A stretch of 64,000 nt of DNA from a virus (Duplodnaviria > Caudoviricetes): positions 96,001 through 160,000 of the IMG/VR virus record IMGVR_UViG_3300013121_000017; one strand, 5' to 3'. This document shows positions 28,299-37,787 of this stretch, one piece after another; the stretch's first letter is position 1, and the number at the start of each line of letters is the position of its first letter. The position numbers and the translations under genes were made by a program. The notes beneath the pieces were generated by a model. It made no database searches. It had not been told where the DNA came from and saw only the letters and a program-made list of their open reading frames with translations.

Positions 28299-29909
28299 AT
28301 GCGTGACGAGAAACTCGACTTCTGGCTCAAGCATGGATTCAACGTCTGCTTCGTCGGCCAGCATGGTGTCGGCAAGACAGCGATGGTCAAGGCATGCTTT
28401 GAGCGTGCCGGCCTGAAGCAAGGCGACACCTACCTGTACTTCTCCGGTTCGACCCTCGACCCTTGGGTCGATTTCGTGGGTGTGCCGAAGGAAAAGACCG
28501 TCAACAAGATCCCCGAGTGGATCGAGGTCATCCGCGAACTCGTCAACGTCGGCGAAGACGTGGCCTTGGAGTACGTCAAGGGTCACATGCACCTGCCTGT
28601 CGAGATGGCAAAGCGTGTCATGACGCATGCCCTCGGTCGCCAGGAAGGCATGACGTTCCTCGAACTGGTACGACCCGAAGCGTTTGCCCGCGATCAGGTT
28701 CGCGCCATCTTCGTGGACGAGTACAACCGTTCCCCGAAGAAGGTGCGGAACGCGGTCATGGAATTGCTCCAGTTCAAGAGCATCAACGGGAAGAAGTTCC
28801 CGAACCTGTCCACGGTCTGGACGGCGATCAACCCCGCCGACGACGAGCAGAACAACTACGACGTGGAAGAGATCGATCCCGCACAGATGGATCGTTTCGT
28901 GGTCAGTGTTCGCGTCCCGTACAAGCCCAACGAGGGATGGTTCATCCAGCGGTACGGCGAGCGTGTCGGTCGCACGGCGATCCAGTGGTGGACCGACCTG
29001 TCCACCGACGAGCAGAAGTTGGTCAGTCCGCGCCGGCTGGAATACGCCCTGAACATGTGGGAGGTCAAGGGCGACATGCGGGACGTTCTCCCGTTCTCCT
29101 CCTGCGTGGTCAAGCTGATGCAGAACTTGAACACCGGCCCGATCTCCGAGCGGATCGAGGCAATGTTCAAGGACAAGGACACCGCTGCTGCGAAGCTGTT
29201 CCTCAGCAACGAGAACAACTACGCACCCGCCATGAAGGTGGTGACCGAGAGCGAGGCGATGATGGAGTTCTTCATCCCTCTGCTCAACAAGGAAAAGATC
29301 AGTCTCTTGCTGTCCGAGAACGAGCGGGCGCGACGGTACATCACCAGTTCGTTCAACCAGCATCCCATCTTCCAAGAGGCGATGCGGGACATTCTGCTCG
29401 CCAACCAGAACAAGCCTCTGGTCAAGGTCATCCGTCGCGCCCTGACGGACACGACCGTACTGGCGACGGGGTTCGGCCCAGGCAAGAACGAACAACCTGC
29501 TCCCCCGCACTTCGTCAAGGGTGCTGACAAGGTTCGCAACTGGAGCAACAAGATCGCGGAGTTGAAGCCGCTGCCGGTTGACAAGACCGACCAACGGACG
29601 AAGCTGTACAACGAACTGGTTGCCCACATTCCCGAGAAGATGACGGGGGATGAGGCAGTCGCAACCCTGGAACTGCTCAACGGACTGATGCAGCGGGCGT
29701 GGCAGACGACTCTTACGTCTGACACCGGGGAAAACAAGATGCCGTTGGTCATCAACATGACCAACCACACCATCGCCCAACTGGCTATCGGCAAGAACAT
29801 GTCGTGGACCGAGATCGCGGCTACCTACGGTAGCAAGATCAAGAACCTCCTCGACAAGTTGAAGGGTGCAAACTTGGCCACCAAGCTGTTCACCCCGGCC
29901 AAGGCGTAA
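28299..29909 (+). CDS. MoxR-type AAA+ ATPase
   Basis: Walker A GQHGVGKT, Walker B IFVDEYNR, AINP, DPAQMDRF. Confidence 0.9.
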   Translation: MRDEKLDFWLKHGFNVCFVGQHGVGKTAMVKACFERAGLKQGDTYLYFSGSTLDPWVDFVGVPKEKTVNKIPEWIEVIRELVNVGEDVALEYVKGHMHLPVEMAKRVMTHALGRQEGMTFLELVRPEAFARDQVRAIFVDEYNRSPKKVRNAVMELLQFKSINGKKFPNLSTVWTAINPADDEQNNYDVEEIDPAQMDRFVVSVRVPYKPNEGWFIQRYGERVGRTAIQWWTDLSTDEQKLVSPRRLEYALNMWEVKGDMRDVLPFSSCVVKLMQNLNTGPISERIEAMFKDKDTAAAKLFLSNENNYAPAMKVVTESEAMMEFFIPLLNKEKISLLLSENERARRYITSSFNQHPIFQEAMRDILLANQNKPLVKVIRRALTDTTVLATGFGPGKNEQPAPPHFVKGADKVRNWSNKIAELKPLPVDKTDQRTKLYNELVAHIPEKMTGDEAVATLELLNGLMQRAWQTTLTSDTGENKMPLVINMTNHTIAQLAIGKNMSWTEIAATYGSKIKNLLDKLKGANLATKLFTPAKA

Positions 29910-29977
29910 GCAAGGTTTCAGAGACGTACATGCCGCCCAGCGTGTACGTCTCGGAACGCCCTTCCCAGGAGACTCAC

Positions 29978-31492
29978 ATGGCAGACACGCTCTTCCCGAA
30001 ACTCCCGAACATCGCTGACGTGCCGGTCGTTCCGTCCGCCAAGACGGAACCCGCAGTCCCAGTTCCACCCGACGTGATCCCGGTTCCGCCGCCACAGTTC
30101 AAGCTGACCAACGACGAGTGGTACGACATTCTCCGCGAACTGGAAATGCACCACGGCGTCTTCTACAAGCTGTGGGAGATGGGCAAGCCCGTCTTCACGC
30201 CGCAGATCGACACCGCTGCCGTCGCCTTCAACAAAGGCGGCGACTTCGTGCAGTTCGTTTTCAACCCGCACTTCTGGAAGAAGTGTACGCCCTACGAACG
30301 TCTATTCGTGATCTGTCACGAAGCACTGCACGTCATCCTGAATCACGGTGTCCGCATGAAAGACACCAAGGATCGGAATGCGTGCAACATCGCCCTGGAT
30401 GTTGTCGTGAACCACATGCTGGTTCGTTGCTTCGGCTTCGACCGCACTCGCATCAGCAACTGGCAAAAGCTGTGCTGGGTGGACACCGTCTTCGCGCGGC
30501 CTGACGGCAAGATCAAGACTGAGAAGGGCAAGCCCATCGCCGATGACGACTGCTTCGAGTATTACCTGAACATGCTGGATAAGCACGGCATGCCCAAATG
30601 CGGCAAGGGCAAGCAAGGCGAGGGGCAACCGTGCCAGGGCATGAAGGGCGAAGGACAAGGGCAGGGCGACGAAGAAGGCGACGGCGAGGGTTTGCAAACC
30701 CTGGACGACCACGATGTCACCGGCGACGACAAGAACGCCTGGGACGAGGTCATCGACCGTCTGGACGAAGGTCTGGCCGATGCCGAGAAGGAAACGATCA
30801 AGCCAGAGATCGACAAGCACTTCCAGACCACACCGACCCAGCGTGCCGGCACGGAAACCGGCGGCATGTGGCACGTCGCACAAGTGACGAAGGTCAAACG
30901 GAAGCAGAAGTGGGAAACCGTCATCAAGCGGTGGGTTCGCAAGAAGATGCGAGAAACCGATGCCGACATTGAGCAGTGGGCGTTGCTCAACCGCCGTCTG
31001 GTGTTCTTGCCGAAAGACATGTTCATCCCCTCCAACATGGAGAAGGAAGAAGAGGTCAAGGACAAGCACAAGATCAACGTGCGGTTCTACCTCGACACAT
31101 CCGGGTCGTGCTGGCACTTGAAGGATCGGTTCTTCACCGCTGCCATGTCGATCCCGGCGGATCGGTTCAACGTCGAACTGTTCTGCTTCGATACGACCGT
31201 GGTTCCGACCGACATCGTAGGCAAGAAGATGTACGGTGGCGGGGGAACGTCGTTCTCGATCATCGAGGCCGACATCCAGCGTGCCATCCAGCGTGCCATC
31301 CACGGCAAGGATGGCGACGGCAAGTACCCTGACGCAGTCTTCGTCATGACTGACGGGTACGGCAACCGGGTCACGCCGCAGATGCCCGAGCGGTGGTACT
31401 GGTTCCTTGACGGTGGTATGACGGTCAAGGGACTCTGCCCGTCCTACTGTCCAGAGGAATGCAACGTCTTCAAACTCACGGATTTCGAGTAA
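29978..31492 (+). CDS. Metallopeptidase-vWA protein (DUF2201-like)
   Basis: HEALH; MIDAS DTSGS; GGGGTSF; MTDGY. Confidence 0.88.
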   Translation: MADTLFPKLPNIADVPVVPSAKTEPAVPVPPDVIPVPPPQFKLTNDEWYDILRELEMHHGVFYKLWEMGKPVFTPQIDTAAVAFNKGGDFVQFVFNPHFWKKCTPYERLFVICHEALHVILNHGVRMKDTKDRNACNIALDVVVNHMLVRCFGFDRTRISNWQKLCWVDTVFARPDGKIKTEKGKPIADDDCFEYYLNMLDKHGMPKCGKGKQGEGQPCQGMKGEGQGQGDEEGDGEGLQTLDDHDVTGDDKNAWDEVIDRLDEGLADAEKETIKPEIDKHFQTTPTQRAGTETGGMWHVAQVTKVKRKQKWETVIKRWVRKKMRETDADIEQWALLNRRLVFLPKDMFIPSNMEKEEEVKDKHKINVRFYLDTSGSCWHLKDRFFTAAMSIPADRFNVELFCFDTTVVPTDIVGKKMYGGGGTSFSIIEADIQRAIQRAIHGKDGDGKYPDAVFVMTDGYGNRVTPQMPERWYWFLDGGMTVKGLCPSYCPEECNVFKLTDFE

Positions 31493-31548
31493 TTGCCTAT
31501 ACTGACCGTGCCTGACAACAACGTCAGGCACGGTCAGGAGGCTTCACC

Positions 31549-31734
31549 ATGAAACTGTTTGAATTCCACTACAGCGAGAACACAGACTTCGAGGGATTCT
31601 TGAAGATGATGCGGGAGAAACACCCGACCATCATCGGACGCAAACGGTTTTGCGTTCACCCCGAAGAGATCACCGAGCAACTGAAGGCCGACATTGCCGC
31701 CTTCGGTGTCTCTCTGGAGGAGACAGACAAATGA
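31549..31734 (+). CDS. Hypothetical protein
   Basis: GGAGG SD. Confidence 0.6.
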   Translation: MKLFEFHYSENTDFEGFLKMMREKHPTIIGRKRFCVHPEEITEQLKADIAAFGVSLEETDK

Positions 31735-31925
31735 GCTTTGAGGAACTCTGGTTGAAGATGGTAGAGAAGAAGCCGCTTCTGGCAGATCCCAAGGCCACTG
31801 TCACCATCAACACTGAGGTCTTCAAGACCCTTCTGCGCCAAGCCCACGAAAAGGGACTGGCACAAGGCCGAAGCGAGCCGTCGCTGTTCGACAGCATCTT
31901 CGGCAACTTTGGGAGGAAGCCGTGA
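31731..31925 (+). CDS. Hypothetical protein
   Basis: ATGA overlap; GGAG SD. Confidence 0.6.
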   Translation: MSFEELWLKMVEKKPLLADPKATVTINTEVFKTLLRQAHEKGLAQGRSEPSLFDSIFGNFGRKP

Positions 31926-32248
31926 AGATTCAGTTTAACGAACACCAATGCAAAGTCTGCCTGCTCGCCGTTAAGATGCTCAACGCGGCGGTCGCAGTCA
32001 TCCTCAGCAAAGAGGAATCGGTGGGCAAACCACTGCTTGACCACAGCAGCGGCCTGATGTTCCGCATGGGGCCGAACGGCAGCAACCTCGCTGACTTCGA
32101 CCTAACGCCCACTGACGTGGACACACTGGCGCGGGCGTTGGACGCCACGCACTTCGTCTACGTCCTTTCGCCGACCCTGGAAATGGCCGAGGATGAGAAG
32201 CAGAGGACTCTGCAATACATCCGGCAGTGCAAAGCCATGATCAAGTAA
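31922..32248 (+). CDS. Hypothetical protein
   Basis: GTGA overlap; GGAGG SD. Confidence 0.6.
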   Translation: MKIQFNEHQCKVCLLAVKMLNAAVAVILSKEESVGKPLLDHSSGLMFRMGPNGSNLADFDLTPTDVDTLARALDATHFVYVLSPTLEMAEDEKQRTLQYIRQCKAMIK

Positions 32249-32267
32249 CCCGCAGTGGAGTTCCAAG

Positions 32268-33479
32268 ATGGACTTCAGTCGATTCATTCCGCAGAAGATG
32301 ATCCCGTCTCTCCACTGGCTGGGGCGACGTAATTGGATCGAGTACGGCGACATCCCCGACCGCCGACAGGTCTGGGGTCGGCCCAAGGAACTTGTCTTCC
32401 TGAAGCCGGGTGAGACGCAGGCGACCGTGGGCCTCAGAACCCTCGGCGAGAAGATCAGCGTCCTCGGCGACTTGCAGGCCACGCAGCCCGCCCAGGAGTG
32501 GATGCGTCGGCCCGAGAAGATGTACGTCACGCACGACGAATTCAAACGTTATCCGAAGGACTTCTGGGAGGAGACACAACGGATTCTCCAGTGGCTCAGT
32601 CACAACGTCGTCAGCACCTTCCTCATGTACAGCATGAGTAAGGCTCTGGCGGACGGCCCCAAGCTCTTCCGCGCCACGACGCAGCAGTGCCTGGATCTCG
32701 CCAGCGACGAGAGCGAGATGTCCTGCGACTACCCGTTCAGCGACTACCTGCAACCCTACCCGGTGTACATCCTCGAACTGCCCATCGAGTACCAGAACCG
32801 GCTGAAGACGATGTTCAAGACCAACGTCGTGCCGACGCACGTCTTCTGCCAGCACGAACCGAACAAGATCATCACGGTATCCGCATTCTTCAGCGTGGAC
32901 AACGTCGTCACCCACTTGACCCCCAACCGGGCCGAGTACGAAACGCTGGAAGACGCCATCATCAGCAACCGCCGCCGACGCCCGGTGTCGGCAGACACCG
33001 TGGACCCAACAGCTTACGTTGACGCCGACTTCGACGTGGCTGAAACGGTGCAGCGGCTTGCCATCAACTTCGGCATGTGGATGACCTTCATCGGCACGCA
33101 CATCAAGGGGCCGCTGGAGCCGGAAGAAGCAGCGCGGCTGAAGGAGATCGCCAAGCTGAAGAGCGCGAAGCCGGCCAAGCAGCGGCGGGCCGCAAATGCC
33201 CGGCAACAACTGATGAGCAGCCTGCAACTGGTCTGCTTCAATCAGGTGGTGGAGTTCCACGACGAGATCGTGGAAATCGACACACGTCCCGAACACCAGG
33301 GCGGCACGCACCGCTCGCCGAAGCCGCACCGCCGCAAGGCCCACTGGCGCAATCAGGCGTGTGGCCCCAAACAATCCGAGCGGAAGTGGATTCCGATCAA
33401 GGCCGTGATGGTGCGGAAGCACGCCTTCGTGGGCGACGTTTCCCACCTGACCAGCACCTACATCACCACCAAGAAGTAA
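32268..33479 (+). CDS. Hypothetical phage protein with basic SPxPHxRxxHWR C-terminal motif
   Basis: 403-aa ORF with a GGAG SD. Confidence 0.75.
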   Translation: MDFSRFIPQKMIPSLHWLGRRNWIEYGDIPDRRQVWGRPKELVFLKPGETQATVGLRTLGEKISVLGDLQATQPAQEWMRRPEKMYVTHDEFKRYPKDFWEETQRILQWLSHNVVSTFLMYSMSKALADGPKLFRATTQQCLDLASDESEMSCDYPFSDYLQPYPVYILELPIEYQNRLKTMFKTNVVPTHVFCQHEPNKIITVSAFFSVDNVVTHLTPNRAEYETLEDAIISNRRRRPVSADTVDPTAYVDADFDVAETVQRLAINFGMWMTFIGTHIKGPLEPEEAARLKEIAKLKSAKPAKQRRAANARQQLMSSLQLVCFNQVVEFHDEIVEIDTRPEHQGGTHRSPKPHRRKAHWRNQACGPKQSERKWIPIKAVMVRKHAFVGDVSHLTSTYITTKK

Positions 33480-33488
33480 AGGGACGCC

Positions 33489-34028
33489 ATGAACGACGCA
33501 GAATTCAAAAAACGGTTGCGAGAAACACGGTTCGTCGTGGACGCCACGCATGACGAAATGTTCATGTTGTGGGAGAAGTTCTCTGACGAGGCCATGTACA
33601 AGAACCCGCACTTCAACAAGTTCAGGTTCGAGCAGATGAACCCCGGCGTGTCGCAACAGATCGGCACGCTCGACAATCGGCCCGTCTGCATCAGCCTGTT
33701 CTGGTGGAAGATCAACGGCGTGCAGATCATGGTCGTGGAAGGCACGTCACAGGTGGTCGATCACCTGATGATCGAGAAGTGGTTGGAGAAGCACTGCGCC
33801 CCGCGATGGGACAAGGGGACGCGGTTGGCACACTGCAACGCCGCCAACTTCCACCACGTTCTCGACTTCGTCCAGAACGAAGGCCGGCTCCCGGTGGACA
33901 ACGAAGAACAAGAGCGTCTTGACGCCCTGCGGGTTCTCGATAAGCTGGCAGCAGACCGGCAGGAAAGCCGCAACGCAGCCCTGGTCACGCTGGTGCGTTT
34001 AGCGGCGGCAGATCGAAAGCTTCCCTGA
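33489..34028 (+). CDS. Hypothetical protein
   Basis: Follows the previous gene in the same operon. Confidence 0.7.
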   Translation: MNDAEFKKRLRETRFVVDATHDEMFMLWEKFSDEAMYKNPHFNKFRFEQMNPGVSQQIGTLDNRPVCISLFWWKINGVQIMVVEGTSQVVDHLMIEKWLEKHCAPRWDKGTRLAHCNAANFHHVLDFVQNEGRLPVDNEEQERLDALRVLDKLAADRQESRNAALVTLVRLAAADRKLP

Positions 34029-34353
34029 CTGCGGCCCAGCCAGGGAAGCCTCCGAAATTACGGTCATCAATGTAGACGGCGGCATAGACCTTCCTACCGG
34101 GTTTGTCGCGGAACTCGTCCTCTGGTCTGTTTTCATTCACCGAGGCAAACTCGACGCCGTGCTTCCTCATGAAGTCTACAGCTTCAGTGAGGTAAGCACG
34201 GCGACTTTCATCCTCCCGGCAGGTGTTCAGGATCAGGATGTGACCGGCGGCTCCCAGATCACGCAGCGTCTCCGCTGCGCCGTCCAGAAGCTCGCCGATC
34301 TCTGGGAACTTGTGCTTGCAGATCGTGCCGTCAAAATCAACGCTTATCAGCAT
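33985..34353 (-). CDS. HAD-superfamily hydrolase
   Basis: VDFDGT, TCR, KVYA..YIDDRN. Confidence 0.85.
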   Translation of the reverse strand: MLISVDFDGTICKHKFPEIGELLDGAAETLRDLGAAGHILILNTCREDESRRAYLTEAVDFMRKHGVEFASVNENRPEDEFRDKPGRKVYAAVYIDDRNFGGFPGWAAVREAFDLPPLNAPA

Positions 34354-34561
34354 CGCTATCTTTCTTGGGCGACTTGGGGTTCATGGCCCTGATCAACGAC
34401 CATCCAATGTAAACACACAAAAGGATGCCGACGCAGAAAAGGATGCCGTAGAACCAAACTGCTTCATGGAGGACATCGCCGAGACTTTGTCCACCAACGG
34501 ACACGCACAAGACGACAACGACCGCGAAGATAACAAGGTCGAGAAGAAGTCTCTTCACCAT
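34337..34561 (-). CDS. Small membrane protein
   Basis: Two hydrophobic helices; GGAGG SD. Confidence 0.6.
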   Translation of the reverse strand: MVKRLLLDLVIFAVVVVLCVSVGGQSLGDVLHEAVWFYGILFCVGILLCVYIGWSLIRAMNPKSPKKDSDADKR

Positions 34562-35451
34562 TACCTCCTGTCGATTTTGACGTTGTAGGTTCCCTCGGAC
34601 TTCCCATTCCAGGGATTCTCGACAATCTTGAGATACAACTGACCGGGCTGGTCAATCGTCTTCTCTTCGCCGATGAGAAAAGGCGGGCCGTTTTGGTCGA
34701 TCTTGCCGATCAATGCGCCGGCCATGAAGCTGCTGCCCCTGCCAGCCTGTGGCGACCCCTTCGGCGTGGCTTTGTACTGGCCCGGTGTCTGCGGCCACAA
34801 ATCGACCGTGCCGCTGGCCGTCACACGCAGTTTCGACCCCGATGGAAGGGTCACGACCAGCTTCCATTCTTCGTCGGTCACGACGGTCGTGTGCGTCGTG
34901 ATCAGGTTGGCAATCGTCTTGATGTTGGCGACCTCGATGTCGAGTTCGCCGAGAATGCCCTGCTTGACCTTGATGGTCTTGTTGATGATCCGGCCCTTGA
35001 CGCGGCCATCCTCGCTCTCAAAATAGTCGAAGAGCTTGTCCTTGCTGGGCTGTGCTTCCTTCCACCACGTCTCGATCCGCCGCTTCACTTCCAGCTTCCC
35101 ACTGACTTCAGCCTCTGTCGGCATTAGAAGGAAAGCACGGTCGCCGATCTGCCCGAGGTAGTATTGCGCACTTTCACGGTCCTTGTACTTGGGGGAATCG
35201 AGGCCGTTGAACGCCTCCTTGACCCGTTTGGCCTCGTCTTCCGTGAGGTTGTATCCCAGGTTGGCGATTGCCAACTCCGAGCCAGGAATTTTGAGGACAC
35301 CGTACTTCGTTTTCACGTCGAAGACGACACCGGAGATGTCGGCGTTCAGGACGGAGCCGTCGATCAGGACGATCTGGGTTTTGGTTCGGGCTTCCTGGCC
35401 CATGAGGACGCCAGGAACGAGCAGCAGAGCGATGCACAGGAAACGGGTCAT
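34561..35451 (-). CDS. Secreted protein with HEAT-like segment and lectin-like (PA-IL-type) C-terminus
   Basis: Signal peptide MTRFLCIALLL; LDSPKYKDRESA; ASGTV...GALIGKI...PFLIG. Confidence 0.55.
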   Translation of the reverse strand: MTRFLCIALLLVPGVLMGQEARTKTQIVLIDGSVLNADISGVVFDVKTKYGVLKIPGSELAIANLGYNLTEDEAKRVKEAFNGLDSPKYKDRESAQYYLGQIGDRAFLLMPTEAEVSGKLEVKRRIETWWKEAQPSKDKLFDYFESEDGRVKGRIINKTIKVKQGILGELDIEVANIKTIANLITTHTTVVTDEEWKLVVTLPSGSKLRVTASGTVDLWPQTPGQYKATPKGSPQAGRGSSFMAGALIGKIDQNGPPFLIGEEKTIDQPGQLYLKIVENPWNGKSEGTYNVKIDRR

Positions 35452-35509
35452 GGTATGACCTCCGGTGGGCGAAAGCGGGAGAAATTGACGATGGAAAACA
35501 CTCTCCTTT

Positions 35510-36112
35510 TTACCCGTCAATCTTCCCTTCATCCTTTGCTACAGCGGACAGTGCATCATCGTCAAAAAAGAAGGTGTCGTCAAGCTCAAGTAGACGCTCC
35601 AGGGCGACAGCAGTCCATTTGCCGTAGACGAACTTGTACTTGAACGCATGCCCTTCAAGTTCCTCGCTGTGAACGAAGGCGAGCCAGGGCCGGCGAGTCT
35701 TCTTCCAGAGCAACATCGGCTTGCGGTTGACCCCCGGTCGTCTGCCGTCCTTACTGGCCTGCTCAAGGAAGCCGTTAAGCTGCCCTGAGTCCTTCAGCAT
35801 GCACAGATTCAGGTCGATGTCGTCGTAGCCGTTCTTGCTCTCCAGAACCCATTTGAAACCCTTCGGACAGCATAGATCGCCAGTGAGTGTGTCTTTGGCG
35901 TGCTTGGGCAGGTTCTTGACTTGGCCCCAGCGATTGCCCGAGCCTAGCGAACGGCTGAAGCCCTCGCCGAATCGCGCGACAAACAGCTTGACGAGTTCCC
36001 GCTCGGCCCGCTTGCCCTTCTTGCCGCCGTCAACCTTCTTCTTTTTCTTCTTGGACTCGTCAAAGATGTCATCGACATCCAGGCCGTCGTCATTGATGTC
36101 GTCAGGGTTCAT
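35510..36112 (-). CDS. Holliday junction resolvase (PD-(D/E)xK)
   Basis: KGKRAERE, GD, ESKNGY, PMLLWKK motifs. Confidence 0.75.
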   Translation of the reverse strand: MNPDDINDDGLDVDDIFDESKKKKKKVDGGKKGKRAERELVKLFVARFGEGFSRSLGSGNRWGQVKNLPKHAKDTLTGDLCCPKGFKWVLESKNGYDDIDLNLCMLKDSGQLNGFLEQASKDGRRPGVNRKPMLLWKKTRRPWLAFVHSEELEGHAFKYKFVYGKWTAVALERLLELDDTFFFDDDALSAVAKDEGKIDG

Positions 36113-37182
36113 TATCGCTCCAAATCTCTCCGCACTCCTTGCAAATCTTGATTGATGTTGTGAAGTAGTGTAACCACTTCATTGTAACCTTGCGGCGTCA
36201 GCGAGTTTTCGCTCTCAATCTGAGCGTACTCCTTGTCGATCTCATCCAGCGTTTCCCGCAGCATGGTCATGACGTTGGCCATCTCCGAGTTCTTGCCCAG
36301 CGGCTTCACGTCCGGGCCACGCAGAATCTTGACCCGCTGGCCGTCATGCTGCCACGGCACGGGCTGCTGCTGATTGACAGAAAACCGCCGGTAACGAATG
36401 TCCTCGCCCTTCAAACCGAACATCCACACTTCCTTGGGCGTCAGATCGTAAAGCTTGTGCCGGGCGAAGCCCGGCATACGCCGCAGTTCGTGGAGCGAGT
36501 TGACCCCCGCCGTCCAGATTTCCGGCGTCGAGCAGAACCAGATCTGGCCCAGGCTTTCCCGTGTGTCGGCAACCCAGATGGGCCGATGTTCATTGCGAAA
36601 GAGCCACAGCCGCTTCTCCTCGGGGATGTTCTCGGCGACGGCGGCAGCCATGTGGCCGACGTTGATGAATGAGAAAATGTCCTTCAGACCCATCAGTCGC
36701 GCGGCCACGTCCGCCGGCTCGCCGGGGAACTTCGCGGCAGCTTTGGCGGCGTCGGCCCCCACGATGATCCGCATCAGGATTTCCGAATCACAGCCCGACT
36801 CGACCTCATACTTCCTTCGCAGGGCCGCGTACTCGGCGTCCGTCACCCTGCCGTTGTGGATCAGGGCGAGGGTTTGTTCTTGATTCAAGAAAGGGTGGTT
36901 GTTCTTGTTGTCCTCGGGCGGTCCCATGCCCTGGCTTGCGCCACGGGCGTGCATGATGAGCATCTGACAGTTCTTCTCGCCAAGCGATTTCCACGGCTCC
37001 TGGCGGACGTACAAGGCCGACCGAACAGGCTGTTTGTGGTAATGGATCGTGTCCCCTTCAGAGCCATAAAACCCTGATGCGTCAATGCCACGGGACTCAA
37101 GTCGCTCGAAAAGTCTTCCTGCAAGTTTGAATGTCAAGGCGGGGTTCTTTGAAACCCCGATGTATCCGGCAATCCCGCACAA
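36112..37182 (-). CDS. Class II (Ntn) glutamine amidotransferase domain protein
   Basis: MCGIAG, RGIDASG, HAR, NNHPF, HNG, CDSE. Confidence 0.9.
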   Translation of the reverse strand: MCGIAGYIGVSKNPALTFKLAGRLFERLESRGIDASGFYGSEGDTIHYHKQPVRSALYVRQEPWKSLGEKNCQMLIMHARGASQGMGPPEDNKNNHPFLNQEQTLALIHNGRVTDAEYAALRRKYEVESGCDSEILMRIIVGADAAKAAAKFPGEPADVAARLMGLKDIFSFINVGHMAAAVAENIPEEKRLWLFRNEHRPIWVADTRESLGQIWFCSTPEIWTAGVNSLHELRRMPGFARHKLYDLTPKEVWMFGLKGEDIRYRRFSVNQQQPVPWQHDGQRVKILRGPDVKPLGKNSEMANVMTMLRETLDEIDKEYAQIESENSLTPQGYNEVVTLLHNINQDLQGVRRDLER

Positions 37183-37190
37183 GTTTCACC

Positions 37191-37769
37191 TCACATGCCC
37201 ATAGGAGTTGGCGGCGGCGGCTGGCCAGTGCCGGCCCCTGGCGTCGGTGGCGCTCCCGCGTTTGGATCGAGGGGGTTCGGATCGGCTGCTGGTGCAGCCC
37301 CACCCGGCGCAGGCGGGGTTTCCGGCGGCTTGTCTTCTGGAGGATTCTTTTCCTTGTCGCTGGTTGCCTTGTCAGAAGTGTCTGGATCGTCCGACGTGTT
37401 GGCCCCAATCTTGTTGATCGGCACACCCATCTTGCCAAGCACCTTCTCTAGCTCGCTGGAGGCTCCCGAGATGACTTCTTCCAAGCCTTCGCGTTCCTCG
37501 ATTGCCTTCATCATAGCCACGCCAATCTTCTGGAGCGGCTTGAGGAACTTGAGTTCGTCTTTCGGCCAGTGTGTGTGCAGGACTCGGCGGATTTGATTGA
37601 CGATCTTTTCGGCGTAGCGGACGAGACTGCGGCTGCCCATGCTCTTGGCATCGTCGCGCAGTTCTTGCAGAGCGGTTAGAATGTCGCCCATCTTGCCGCC
37701 CAGGTAGACCCGGTTTTCCAGCAAGATGAAGTCTTTGAACCCGAACTCATCCCAATTTGGTACAGCCAC
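37191..37769 (-). CDS. Hypothetical protein with Pro-rich tail
   Basis: GGAGG SD plus GTG start. Confidence 0.7.
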   Translation of the reverse strand: MAVPNWDEFGFKDFILLENRVYLGGKMGDILTALQELRDDAKSMGSRSLVRYAEKIVNQIRRVLHTHWPKDELKFLKPLQKIGVAMMKAIEEREGLEEVISGASSELEKVLGKMGVPINKIGANTSDDPDTSDKATSDKEKNPPEDKPPETPPAPGGAAPAADPNPLDPNAGAPPTPGAGTGQPPPPTPMGM

Positions 37770-37787
37770 GTTCCTCCATTCGGTACT

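Noticed and set aside
31273-31300. 12-bp tandem duplication (IQRAIQRAI) in the vWA gene
   Set aside because: Small in-frame duplication with no sign of function
28284-33656. Long antisense ORFs (603, 409 and 471 aa) and similar ones opposite the sheath, pyrG, nrdJ and gp46
   Set aside because: Shadow frames produced by GC-rich codon bias opposite well-supported genes; no motifs
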